From Octopus vulgaris (taxonomy: Eukaryota), in contig OX597835.1 of the NCBI GenBank assembly GCA_951406725.2, forward strand, positions 21,948,001 to 22,012,000: a DNA stretch of 64,000 bases. The letters are read 5' to 3'. Below the pieces are notes generated by a model that was not told the origin of the DNA, searched no databases, and was given only the letters and a program-made list of their open reading frames with translations. This document shows, piece by piece, positions 27,398 through 41,141 of the stretch. The position numbers and the translations under genes were made by a program. Each line of letters opens with the position of its first letter. The first letter of the stretch is position 1.

Positions 27398-27971
27398 CAT
27401 TAAAGGTCAGATTGCCTCTTGCTTGCAATGTTACTTGGCCAAACTGGCGCATAATGGGAAAATACTCTGAATTAAGTTTTCCCTGAAAGTAAATACAAAC
27501 TGAGATGAAACAAATTTCATGTAAATTGGGTTAGTGGTTGTGAAGATATTAAGACCTTTGGGAGTATAAATACTCAAAACGGGGCATCATGGGAAAAGTC
27601 TCCGAATTTAACTTAATCCAGGGAGGGAAGTAACTCTTGCTTTTCAATTTGACAGTCACTTGACAATGAAAAAGTACAATTTGTTTTCTCACAGTAAATG
27701 TTTCTTTTTTTCGCTTTTGTTAAGTACAATATTTTAATCATTTAGAAATATTTCTAAGTGAATGTGATTTCAAAAATGTAAGTTGCTAATGCTGTTGCTG
27801 CTGATAATGATGATGATGGTGGTGGTGGTGGTGGTGGTGATAATGATAATGATGGTGGAGGTGATGCTAATGCTGTTCAGGGTAACAGTGTATGTTACAG
27901 TAAGTATTTACAATGGAACTGAAGTCTAAAAATCTTATTCTATCTTCCCTTAAACCTTCTTTTATTTATAG

Positions 27972-28036
27972 AAGTTCCCTTGACATGATGTTGGCCACTC
28001 TAGGGATGTTGTATTCACGTGAAACTCCTGTCTCCC
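27972..28036 (+). CDS. T-box gene, penultimate exon
   Basis: tttatag acceptor and c|gtaagt donor; 65 nt, phase 2 in and phase 1 out, bridging the neighbouring exons exactly. Encodes (R)SSLDMMLATLGMLYSRETPVS, which resembles the post-T-box segment of Tbx15/18/22. Confidence 0.75.
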
Positions 28037-28812
28037 GTAAGTCATCTCCTAAATTATTTTTCACTTCTTCTGCTCCTCACACACACACACACACATCTCG
28101 AGTAATGGATTTCCGGTACATTGCGTGTTCCACCATCGCACACAAAGTATACATGCAGGAAACTTCTAGATAGAAAATTTAACATAGAGAGAAATCACTG
28201 TAGAATCACTGCCAGATCAGACTGGAGCCTGGCGCAGCCTTCTGGCTTCCCAGACCCCGGTCGAACTGTCCAACCCATGCTAGCATGGAAAATGGACGTT
28301 AAACGATGATGATGATGATGATATATGTCTCTATCCATCATATCCAACATGTTGGACCGCTGAACTCTACATGTTTTTTTATTATTTTCTCTCTATTTAT
28401 TTCTTCTTATTCCTTTCTGTTGAAGCGTGTAGACTAGAAACATAAAAGACTTTTCATTTTTCAAAATGCAACCACATGTGAATCGTTGGCAAATTTTTTC
28501 CCTCCGTCTTCCTTTTCTCTTGGACTTTCCTCCATCTCCTGTTTCTGAAGAAGAGCGTTTGCTTGAAACATAAAACTACCTTTCTTTCCTTCTATGAGCA
28601 TCTGCTAATACTTTGCATGTACCACGTCCTTGCATTGTTTTTTTTTTTGTATTTGTTCTTCATTTTGGGGCATTTACTATATATATATATATATATATCA
28701 CGGGATCACGTGACCAACCAGGCTATCAGATGTTGCTACACATCGCTGGTCACAATGCACTTCGCATTGTTTTAGCTTTCAAATGATGCCACCCCACTGG
28801 CTAAGTGAGCAG

Positions 28813-28856
<44 letters not shown>

Positions 28857-29108
28857 TTATATTTTCTTCATTAACGTCAATATGTATTTTATTTAATGTA
28901 AGGTTTTTTCCTCGAATTTTATAATTTTTATAATTTTTATAATTTTTTTATATATATATATACATATATTTTTGAGCTCATTTTTTGTTTGTTGCTCGAA
29001 GATTGACCGTTATTTCTAAAGGGCCAATCAAACAAGTCCATTTTTTAAAGGTGTAGCGTTTGTAAGAGTCTGGATTGAATTGATATATCGGTTCCATTCT
29101 AGCAAAAA

Positions 29109-29146
29109 CTGTCTGATGAACGGCAACGAGAAACTCAGAGTAACAG
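29109..29146 (+). ncRNA. Minimal type I hammerhead ribozyme
   Basis: ctgt-CTGATGA-acg gcaa cga-GAAA-ctcaga-GTA-acag: stem I ctgt/acag, short GCAA-capped stem II, near-palindromic stem III, GUA cleavage triplet. Confidence 0.7.
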
Positions 29147-29178
29147 ATTTTGTTGAATTTTCTGCTGCTTTAAATAAA

Positions 29179-29212
<34 letters not shown>

Positions 29213-29219
29213 CAAATTA

Positions 29220-29256
<37 letters not shown>

Positions 29257-29520
29257 GAAGGCAGTGAGCTGGCAGAGTCATTAGCACACAGGACAAAATG
29301 CTTAGTAGCATTTCTTGTCCTCACTTTCTGAGTAAAAATTCTGCTGGGGTCAACTTTGCCTTTCATCCTTTCGGCATAGATAAAATAAGTACCAGTTGAT
29401 CACTGGGGTCATTGTACTTGACTTAGCCCCTCCCCTGAAATTGCTGGCCTTGTGCCAAAATTTGAAATCATCATCATCACCAAAACCACCACTACCACCA
29501 CCACCACCACCACCACCACC

Positions 29521-29574
<54 letters not shown>

Positions 29575-29716
29575 GTCACCATCGTTATCGTCACCATCGT
29601 CGTCGTCGCAATCATCATCATCACCATCATCATTATCATCATCACCATCATCGTCATCGTCATCATCATCATCGTCGTCATCATCATCATCATTATTATT
29701 ATTTTCTAATTTACAG

Positions 29717-30306
29717 ATTGTATGAAGAATTCTTCAAAGAAACAAAAAACAGTGTCTTCAAAAGCAGATATCCCAAAGTCACAAGTTGACTGGAACTATC
29801 CTCACGGAGCAACAGAGATGGTGGGAGACTGGCCAGCCATGACTCTCACCCAGAACACTCCACTCCAATACAGATACAACATACGACCGGATGTTAGTGT
29901 CAGCTTAAACTCCGCTCAATTGTCATCAAGTTTCAGTGACCCTCATCAAATATTTACTACCAGCAGCAACAAGATCAACAACAACAACACCGTCAACAAC
30001 GACATCAACAACGACAACAGCAACAACAAGAACGACGCTGATGACCCTCCATACTCAAAACTTTGTGCAAGCCCATGCCCGTATCCGATTTCGGCGTCCA
30101 AGTTTGTTTCCATTCATTGCCCATCATCCGTAGTAGCAGTACCATCACGACCACCACCACTACCGCCACAACCACGGGCAATGCTAGCGCCTCTACTGCA
30201 GCCTGTAACGATGCATCCACTGCTACTGCCACTACCACTGCGAGTGGCACTGCCACATCCACCACTACCGCCGCCGCCGTCATCACTACCACTAACGTTC
30301 TACTGA
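29717..30306 (+). CDS. T-box gene, terminal coding exon (Asn/Pro-rich low-complexity C-terminus)
   Basis: ttacag acceptor at 29715-29716; phase 1 entry puts it in frame with ORF 29722..30306 (HCMKNSSKKQ...LTFY*); non-repetitive coding-like sequence. Confidence 0.75.
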
Positions 30307-30987
30307 TACCAGTAAGAGAGAGGAGGAAGGGGAGTGAAAAGGGGGATAGTGAGAGAGAGAGAAAGGGAGAGAGTGGGTCATAAAGGGAAAAGACAATGAA
30401 AGTGAGAAAGAAGGAAAATGGAAGAAAGAGGGATACATAATTACATGCACACATGCATACACACATACACACATACATACACACACATACATACATACAC
30501 ACACATACATATACGCATACAAACATACAGGCACATACATACACGCATACATACATACACACATGTATACATACATGCATACATGTGTGTGTGTATTGTT
30601 ATATTTGGAGATGGTCATTTTTTACCAAATAAGAAATACATAAATGTGTGTGTGCGTATATATATATATATCACCGTGATCACCGTGACCGACCAGGCTA
30701 TCAGATGTTGCTACACATCGCTGGTCACAATGCGCTTCGCATTGTTTTAGCCTTCAAATGACGCCACCCCACTGTCTAAGCGAGCAGGCCAACAGAAGAA
30801 GGACTGAGAGAAAGAGTACAGCAGGGATTGCCACCACGCCCTGCCAGAGCCCCGTGGAGCTTTAGGTGTTTTCGCTCAATAAACACTCACAACGCCCGGT
30901 CTGGGAATCGAAACTGCGATCCTACAACCGCGAGTCCGCTACCCTAACCACTGGGCCATTGCGCCTCCACATATATATATATGTATG

Positions 30988-31029
<42 letters not shown>

Positions 31030-31036
31030 CATATAT

Positions 31037-34000
31037 CGGCCAATTCATCTCTTTCCTTTCCAACTTTCACCCCTCTCTTCAATTCACCTCCACCATCTCC
31101 AACACCTCTGTCAACTTCCTTGACATCTCTCTCCGCATCGATCACCCCTCCAGCTCTCTCACCACCACCGCCTTCTTTAAACCTACGGATTCCCACCTCT
31201 ATCTCAACTTCTCTTCCTCCCACCCCTTCCACACCAAACGAGCCATCCCCTACTCCCAGTTCCTCCGCCTCCGACGTTTGTGCAGCCGCGACCAGGATTT
31301 CGAGACCCAATCTCAATACCTGGCCCGCATGTTCAGACTCCGAGGTTACCCACCCACACTCCTCTCTGATGCCCTCACCCGCGCCCGTCGCATCGACCGC
31401 ACTACCGCCTTGTCTCCTTCCCCCGCCCACCCCCCAACCGCACCCCCTTCCCCCTCCTTTTCCACCCCTCTACCCTACCCCTTCGTCGCAAGATACTACG
31501 TGCCTTCCGTCGCCTCCAGCTTGATCCCACCACCCGCCCCATTTTCCCTAACCCACCCCTGTCCTCTTTCAAACGAGCCCGCAATCTGCGTGACCTCCTG
31601 GTCCACAGCACCCTCTCCCCTTCCCCCTCAGCCCCACACGGATCATTCCCTTGCTCTAGATCCCGCTGCAACACTTGCCCCTTCATCACCAACACCACCG
31701 CTGTCACCGGCTCCAACCTGCATACTGTACGCATTAGGCACTCTTTTACGTGCACCTCGTCTGGCCTTATTTACTGCATTAAATGCAACCTATGCGGGAT
31801 GCTGTATGTAGGTCAGACGGGACGCCGGTTGTCCGACCGTTTCACTGAACACTTGAGGGACGTTCGCCTACACTCTTTTTCTCCCGTCGCACGCCACTTC
31901 CGCTCGGCCGGCCATTCCCGAGATGACATCTCAGTGTTTGGTCTCGCCCCCCACAATGGTCGCCCACTTTCCAGGCTCCACTTGGAGCAACGCTACATCT
32001 TCACCCTACAAACTACCACCCCACACGGACTTAACACAGCCCCCTCCTCTTGAGACCGTTTTTTTTTTTTTTTTTTTTTTTTTTTCCGGACACACCACCC
32101 ACACACACCCACCCACCTACCTCCCACCCACCTACCTACCTCCCACACGCCTGTTCACACACACACATACGTAGACCCATCTACGTACATACATTCACAC
32201 ATTTAATCACACACACTTACAGACACACATGCACATACACACACACATACATACACACACGCATACATACTTACACACACACACACACACAGACATACAT
32301 ACACACATACACACACACATACATACGCACATACATACACACACACTCACACACACACACCGCACGTACATACCTCACACACACACACATGCACACATAC
32401 ATGTAGGCACATACATACATACATACCCACACATGCACACCCGTACACTGAATGCACACACACATACACCTTTTTGCATCCAGGCAGCCCCCCTCTTTTC
32501 TGCTTTCCGGTTTTGGCTGATGGATCCTCGGTTCCCGCGTAGCGGGGCGTTCGAGGGCCTTTGCGCTCGCGCGCCTTGGCGCGCGCTGGGGGCTCGGTCG
32601 GCCCCTTTGGGCTTGCGTTGCACTGCTTGTGCGTCGTGTGCGTGAGCGCGCTTCGTGTGTGTGGGCTTGCTTCGGATGTGCGCTTGCGTATGTTTGCATA
32701 CATACCCACACACTCGCATGCATCCCTACCCACATACATACACGCACACCTACTCACACACACACATACACACACACACATACCCGCACACACACACACA
32801 TACATACATACACACACATACCCACTTCAGACATACACACACACAGACATACACCCATACACCCACACTCACACGCATACACACACACACATACACACGC
32901 ACACGTACACATACACACACACACACACCCACATACATACATTACACTTGTATACGCACACACTTACATTCATACACACACACACCTACACAGCCATACC
33001 CTCACTCAGACACACACATCTACCTACACACACACAAACACACACTGACACACACCCATACATAGATACATCTACACACTCACGCCTACACACATACATA
33101 CACACATACATAAACACACACACATACACATACACACACATACGCACACACGCATATACTTATACACATGCACACACACACACATACATACACCCATATA
33201 CATACACACACACATACCTACATACTCCTATACGCACATACATACACACAGACATACACACATACACACTCACACAAACATACACACACACATACTTACA
33301 CACACACTCACCTGCACGCGCACACACATGCATGACAAACACTCATACACTCACACTCACATACGCACACACCAACATAAACACGCACACGCACACACAC
33401 ACCTACACTCCCACACACATACACACGCACCTACATACACACACGCACGCATACACACGCATACACACATACATTACACACGTACACACACACCTACATA
33501 CACATGCACACACACACACACACAAACATGCACGGACACACCCAGACATACATACATACACCTATATACACACGCCTACACACCTACATACACACACATA
33601 TACACACGCCCACACAGCTACATACACACACATACATACACACATACACGGACACACCCATACATACTTACATACATACACCTATACACACACGCCTACA
33701 CACCTACACACACACATGCACACACACACACATGTACGCACATACACACACATATACGCACACACATATATACCCACACACATGCACACACACACACATA
33801 CGCACATACATGCACGCATGCACACGCGCACACCTACACGCATACACACACACACACGCACGTACACATACATACATACACACACGCATACATACACCCA
33901 TACACATACATGCATCCTACACACACATACATACACACTCACACATACATACACACACACGCACTCACTCACACACCTGTATGTTCGCGCACACACATGC

Positions 34001-35067
34001 ACATACACACACTTCCCCACACCCACACGTACATACATACACACTCATACACACATACACACACACACACACACACGGACATACATCTGTGCACACACAT
34101 ATATACACACATACTCACATACATTCATCGGACACACTGCCACCCAGACATACACACAGACACACTCACACATCCACACGCACACATACGTACGCGCTCA
34201 CTCGCAGGCTCGCGCACACACGCGTTTGCGCCGGTTCGCGCACGCATGCGCCCGCATGCACCTCGCCCTTGGATCCCGACGAGACCTCCCGCCCGTTCCT
34301 GGGATGTCGCTTGTCGTTGGGTTTTCCCACGCCCGTCTCCGCGGGACCACTCCTCCATCTTCCCCTCCGCTGGAGTCCTTTTCCTAACCCCCCCCCCCCT
34401 TTTTTTTTCGTTACACACACGCGCACACATATACACACATTGCTTAAACATATACATCACTCTTACACACATTCAATCTACTCGCCACTAATACTACCAC
34501 GACACTGGACACACACACACACTACTACTCAACACACGCTGGCACGCTACATACGCCCCCACCCCTTCCCCTCCCTCCCTTCCTCCTTCCTCCCTTTTCT
34601 CACTACTGACCTTTGTCTGCTATGCTGCTGCTATGCTGACCACCGTCTCGCCCTACCTCACACGCCTACACACAGACGCACACACTAACACATACATATA
34701 TTTTTTGTTTTTTTACCTCGCCTCACACACACACATACACACACGCACACGCACACACTCACACATACACACACATCTGTTGCGTTACCAACCTTGTCTC
34801 CACTCTTTTGCCTTTAAAAACCCACTTTGCTCTTGTTATCGTAAACATCCGCCTTTCACCATGTGCTTCTGCTAACACCAGCCGTTTTTTTCTCTATCTC
34901 CGTTGCCCGCTCCGGGATCTTTCTTTCCTCTCTCTTCCTTCTTTATGTTTCCGACGAAGAGCTCCGCTCGAAACGTCATACCTCCCTGCTTCCATTTCCT
35001 GAGCGCCTATTAATAATAATACTGTAATTGTTCCCTTGTTGTTGTTTTTTTGTTTCCCGTTTGGATT

Positions 35068-35073
<6 letters not shown>
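31037..35073 (+). mobile_element. 5'-truncated Penelope-like retroelement (RT thumb plus GIY-YIG, Neptune-like) with long CA-rich 3' region and terminal hammerhead-like motif
   Basis: FLSNFHPSLQFT...VNFLDI...KPTDSHLYLNFSSSHP...AIPYSQFLRLRRLCS; after a frameshift in the C-run near 31430: FKRARNLRDLLV...CSRSRCNTC...LIYCIKCNLCGMLYVGQTGRRLSDRFTEH...PHGLN*. Flanked on both sides by (TA)n. The 3' boundary is inferred. Confidence 0.85.
34947..34981 (+). ncRNA. Minimal hammerhead-like motif at the 3' end of the Penelope-like element
   Basis: gttt-CCGACGA-a-gagc-tcc-gctc-GAAAC-GTC-atac; variant core (U4C), stem II intact. Confidence 0.55.
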
Positions 35074-35156
<83 letters not shown>

Positions 35157-35548
35157 TAGATATATATATGTATGTATGTATGTATGTGTATTTATAATAA
35201 GTAAAAGGGATTAATAAATCCTGGCAGATATCAATAAAATCACTCAGTTTTAGATGAATTTGGTTAACGATATCCAGCAATCAGGCACTAATAAATGCAA
35301 GTAGACTAAACATCCAAAGTAATTCTTTATGTCTGACCAGTAAATCCCAGAATCACTGAGAGGAATTACAAGTAATTCAGAGTAAAAGACAAGAATAAGA
35401 ATGGAGATAATGCCATACATTAGAGACAATGGCTTCTATGGTGCCAACGTGTTTAGGTGCAGAAAAGGGTATAAAATACCAGTCAAATTAAAGTATCTGA
35501 ATATATATGTGAACACAATATTGTCAAGACAATCGGAATATGTATATA

Positions 35549-35946
35549 TCTTCTTTATATATAAAAGTGAAGTTGTGTGTCTGTCTCCTACGATTTAGAT
35601 TCCTAACTACTCTCACATTTTGCAGTGCAGTTTAACCAAAACTGGGTATCTTATAGTCGTGATTCATATCGAGCCCTTCTGGGTATTAGCGCGTCTACGA
35701 TGAGTCTACAATTTTTAAAAAAATTTACCATCATTTTTTTCCATTTTAATGCATTTTTTCGCTATTATATAGGGGAAGTAACTCTCTAAAAATATCTACG
35801 ATGAGTCAACGATTTTTAAAAAAATTTACCATAATTTTTTTTCCATTTTTAATGCATTTTTTGCTATTTTTTGGCTATAACTCTCTAAAAATGCTTATAT
35901 AGTTATTTCCCTTACAAACCCGAGCAACGCCGGGCGATATTGCTAG
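35549..35946 (+). mobile_element. Non-autonomous Helitron, second copy
   Basis: Same termini and body as 12098-12497. Confidence 0.8.
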
Positions 35947-37999
35947 TACATTATATAAAAAAATAAAAGAGGAGGACGGGTGTGTAAACAACAGACAGAT
36001 ATATTAGTTTAATGCTCTGGAAGTGAGAAAGTTTTTTATGTTTCGAGCCTATGCTCTTCGACAGAAAGGAACACAGAAATAAACAGGGAGAGAAAACTGA
36101 TGAGTGTCATGCTGACAGTAAGAGGGGTAGAATTCAAGTCTTCCTGAGAATATAGTAAAGGGCTACGGGAAACTCCCTTTCAGAATAGATTTCCTACTTT
36201 GAATCATTACATTAACACCTGAGTTTTCTGTCCAATTAAAAAGGATACATTAATTCGGGTAGTCCTTGGTACACCATGCCAGAATGGATAACAGGACAGT
36301 CATAACAGGAACACATTTTATTATAGGCCTTTCTTCTGTATCAGGGCTGACCTAGGGTTAAATAACAAGCAGGAAACCAACCAATGGCGCCATCATACAA
36401 TGCTGCTACTACCACCAATGCTACAACCCGAACAATAACACCACCACCATCACCACCAACACCTCTACAACAGCATGCTCAACACCAGCACCACCAACAC
36501 TACCACCAACACCAACATCATAATCAGCACAACCAACACCACTACCACCACCATCACTACTACCACCACCATCACCACTACCACCACTACCACTGTTACC
36601 ACCGTCACCACCACCACCACCAACACCTCTACAACATCATGCTCAACACCAACACCACCACCACCACTACCACCACCATCACCACCAACACCACCAACAC
36701 CTCTACAACATCATGCTCAACACCACCACTACCATCACCACCACCATCACCACCAACACCTCTACAACATCATGCTCAACACCACCACTACCACCACCAC
36801 CACCACAACCGCTACCACCATCACCATCACCAATGCCACTGCCACACACTACAGCTGTCAAATAGATTCTCCTAAACTGTAAAAAAAAAATGAAAGTAAA
36901 AAAGACAAAGAAAAGAAAGACTTGAGAATTTGTGAAAGAGGAAATTGACCTGGATCAAGTGTTGTTATTGAGCTATTGATCGCTGAGTATCCATTATGAC
37001 CATCACCATCAAATGTTACTTAATACTAATGGAAGGACAAACAACAAATAAATCTGAAAGGAAAAACGAAATTTGTGCACTTTTTTTTTCTGCTTTTATT
37101 TGTTATTTTAACATATTCTACCATATTGTGTGTGTGTGTGTATGTGTGTGTGTAGGTGTGTGTGTGGGCACATAAACATACACGTCGACATGCATATGAA
37201 TATATAGGTGCAGGCATGGCTGCTTCCCAACCACATGGTTCCAGGTTCAATCCCACTGCATAACGCCTTGGTACTATTACCTCGAACTGACCAAAGCCTT
37301 GAAAGTGGATTTGGTGGACAGTGACTGGAAGAAGCCCACCATATATGTATGTGTGTGTACAAATGTATAGGAGAATTTGTTTTTGAAAATGTACCTGAAT
37401 TTGAAAATCTTGTAATTATCTTTTAGATAAGTTTATTTACGTACATACCAAACTAGTTTTTTGCTTAACAATGGTATAAGCATATGGGATTAAAAAATTT
37501 TTAAATTGCTAAGTAGAAAACATGCTTAAATGATTAAATCGATTATTATTATTATTATTATTATTATTATTTTCTTCACCACATTTCCCTTTTTGAGATT
37601 TTCTTCCTAGGGAAGTTTAATATTTGTTCCATTTAGGCACTGCTTCCAACCGTTCTGTTTGTTTCCTCTTTCTTGTACTGCTATGCCTAGGTTCGACTTC
37701 TTGTGGCACTGGAACATCAAAGGTATCATAGAGCGCTTCCATGGGTATCTCTTTTCTTTTTTTCCATGTATCTATTTTTTAGCTAGTTTAAATGTCTTTT
37801 GTCTTCCCATTTTTCACCTCTTATCACATACATCATTTTGCCTATTCTTCTTGTTATGCTACTCCATCTTCCCAACCTTCTCTTCCATTTTTATATATTT
37901 TGTAATACTGACATTAAAATTACTGACATGAAAATACTTTGTCGCATTTTTAGTGTTTTCTCTATTTGTTTTTCTTCCTGGTATCAGCTTGTCAAAACC

Positions 38000-38205
38000 T
38001 GACCCTATTTTTCAAGTAAGCATTTGTTCTGCAGGAAACTTGCTTGAACGAGTGTTTGGGTTTGGTGTTATCCTATAAACCCTCAAGAATTGTATCAATG
38101 CTGCGTCATTGACCAGCTCATTTCTTGATTTCTTTGATGCTCTTGTAAATGTATCCATGAACCGTTCCGATTGCCCGTTTGATCTTGGGTGATATGGCAA
38201 ACTTT
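38000..38205 (-). mobile_element. LTR retrotransposon (Gypsy-like) integrase fragment
   Basis: PYHPRSNGQSERFMDTF...FLRVYRITP...PAEQM, the integrase core C-terminal motif. Confidence 0.75.
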
Positions 38206-38447
38206 TTCTTCAACTTAATACATACATATGAGGAGCTGTGGAAAAGTTTCTGGCTCTGACGGTATTGCGAAAGGCCTGGCTGGGGCCTAAACCTTCTGAG
38301 TTCTTTTACAGAGCTTAGAAAAACTGAAAAAATGTTACAATAAATGCGTGAATCTGAGAGGGGAATATGTTGAATAAAATAATAATTAACTGATCACCCT
38401 GTATTTTCTTATATGCAAAGCCAAGAACTTTTTAGCATTCCTTTGTA

Positions 38448-38490
<43 letters not shown>

Positions 38491-38492
<2 letters not shown>

Positions 38493-38895
38493 AGTGGCTG
38501 TGTGGTAAGTAGCTTGCTAACCAACCACATGGTTCCGGGTTCAGTCCCACTGCGTGGCATCTTGGGCAAGTGTCTTCTGCTATAGCCCCGGGCCAACCAA
38601 TGCCTTGTGAGTGGATTTGGTAGACGGAAACTGAAAGAAGCCTGTCGTATATATGTATGTATATGTGTGTGTGTGTGTGTGTGTGTTTGTGTGTCTGTGT
38701 TTGTCCCCCAAGCATTGCTTGACAACCGATGCTGGTGTGTTTACGTCCCCGTCACTTAGCGGTTCGGCAAAAGAGACCAATAGAATAAGTACTGGGCTTA
38801 CAAAGAATAAGTCCCGGGGTCGATTTGCTCGACTAAAGGCGGTGCTCCAGCATGGCCACAGTCAAATGACTGAAACAAGTAAAAGAGTAAAAGAG
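38491..38895 (+). mobile_element. tRNA-derived SINE family B, full copy (others near 4037-4446 -, 11600-11991 -, 18101-18511 -, 21756-22124 +, 23235-23600 -, 24231-24654 -, 62225-62490 -)
   Basis: tRNA-like head with A/B-box-like motifs (tggctgtgtggtaag; ggttcagtccc), internal microsatellite, (gtaaaaga)n tail; many dispersed copies. Confidence 0.8.
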
Positions 38896-38931
<36 letters not shown>

Positions 38932-39753
38932 TATATATATATATTTATAAATATATATACATATATATATATATAGAGAGAGAGATGTATAAGGAGGTGC
39001 TTCAGCTTTAAGGGTATCGTGAAAGGCGTAGTTGGAGGCCCAACTCTTTCTGAGTTCTTTTACAGGGTTTAGAAAAACTAATGGACCACTGCAATAAGTG
39101 TATGAATCTGAGAGGGGAATATGTTGAATAAAATAATAATTAAATGATCCTCCTGTATTTTCTTTTACCCAAAGCCAAGAATTTTTCAGCACCCACTCAT
39201 CTATAAACAAATTGCGTATTCTCCTACCAAATCTACTCAAAAGGCTTTTGTCAGCCTGGGACTATAGTAGAAAATATTTGCTCAAGGATTCACATAGTTG
39301 GACTGAACTCGAGACCACGGTGATTGGGGATCAAATTCCTTAACCTCACAGTGAAGACATTATAATAACAGATTTCACCATCGTTGCAAAAAATTAGGGC
39401 AGAGGGAAACACATGTCAAACAAAATGGCCACAAAGTGAAAATAACTTTTGTTATTTGTCAGAATTAAAACAACCAGTTTTATTACAAACATTGTTATGG
39501 AAAACCATTAGCTCTGAACTTAGATATTGTTTGCTTCACTTTGAGGTCAAATAGATCATTAAGAAGAGTTTTATAGAGAGGAAACAAGTGCAATGGTATA
39601 AACAGCGAGGAAATAAAAGGAAAATAATTCTAATTGACAGACAGACAGACAGACAGACAGATGGTTGGTTGGTTGGTTGGTTGGTTGGTTGGTTGGATGG
39701 ATGGATGGATGGATAGATAGATAGACAGACAGATAGACAGACATGTAGGTAGG

Positions 39754-39805
<52 letters not shown>

Positions 39806-40373
39806 CAGATAGACAGACGGTTAGACAGACATGTAGGTAGGTAGGTAGATAAATAGATTAGATAGAGACAGACACAGATTGATGGATGGATGAATCAATA
39901 GATAAATGGATAGATAGATAGATAGATAGATAGATAGACATAGACATATATAGAGATAAAGATACATACATATGTACATACAAATACATACACATGTACA
40001 CACATACACACACAGATACATACATGCATACAAACATACATACATATATATGATGATGATGATGATGATATACATACATATATATGTGTGTGTGTGTATA
40101 TATTAATGTATGTGTTTATGTATACATGCGAATGTATAAGTAAATAAATCCAATGAAATAAAATACAATAGAGACAGTAATAGGATTTTCTTTTTTGCAA
40201 TACGATCAGGGGTATTGAATTAAGTTTGTGCGTCAGACATATTGACTGTAAAATTTCGCTGGTCTAAATATAGAGAGTTAACCTGACCAACTTTATGTTA
40301 ACTGTTTCCATATTTTTGTTAGTAAATGTTATATTACAAATTCACATTGGTATATAATAATAATAATAATAAT

Positions 40374-41141
40374 CATCATCATCATCATCCTCATCGTTTA
40401 GCGTCCACTTTCCATGCTAGCATGGGTTGGACGGTTCAACTGGGGTCTGTGAAGCCAGCAGGCTTCATCAGGCCCAGTCAGATCTGGCAGTGTTTCTATG
40501 GCTGGATGCCCTTCCTAACGCCAACCACTCCGTGAGTGTAGTGGGTGCTTTTTACATGCCACCAGCACAGGAGCCAGACGAAGCTGGCAAACGGCCACGG
40601 TCGGATGGTGCTTTTTATGTGCCACCAGCACGGGGGCCAGGCGAGGCTGGCAACGGCCACGAATGGATGGTGCTTTTACGTGCCACCAGCACGGAGGCCA
40701 GGCAAGACTGGCAACGGACACGAACGGATGGTGCTTTTACGTGCCACCGGCACGGAGGCCAGTCGGGGCGGCGCTGGCAACGGCCACGATCGGATGGTTC
40801 ACTTACTTGTCACCGGCACTGGTACCACAGCTGCAATTTCCATTGATGTTGATCGACTTCGATTTTGGTTCTGCTTTCTGATATCTGATTTGATTTTGAT
40901 TTTGATTTTGATTTTCACTTGCCTCAATGAGTCTTCACAAGTGGAGTTTTGTGTCCCAAGAATGAAAGGTATATAGGCCACAGGTTATGTTCTGACTAGT
41001 CTTGCCGGGTCTTCTCACTCACAGCATACTTCCATAGGTCTCGGTCTCTAGTCATTTCCTTGGTGAGACCTAAAGTTCGAAGGTCGTGCTTCACCACCTC
41101 GTCCCAGGTTTTCCTGGGCCTACCTCTTCCACAGGTTCCCT
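40374..41141 (-). mobile_element. 5'-truncated RTE LINE copy
   Basis: Same 3' UTR and ORF end (GTCGRGRPRKTWDEVVKHDLRTLGL) as the 10.2-11.2 kb copy. Confidence 0.85.

Noticed and set aside
32561-34688. Long ORFs (608, 387, 394 aa) rich in H/T/Y
   Set aside because: Translations of CA/CATA microsatellite, which lacks stop codons; no domain content.
36097-36125. CTGATGA followed by hairpin gtgtca-tgc-tgacag
   Set aside because: No GAAA after the stem, so not counted as a hammerhead; likewise CTGATGA at ~46612.
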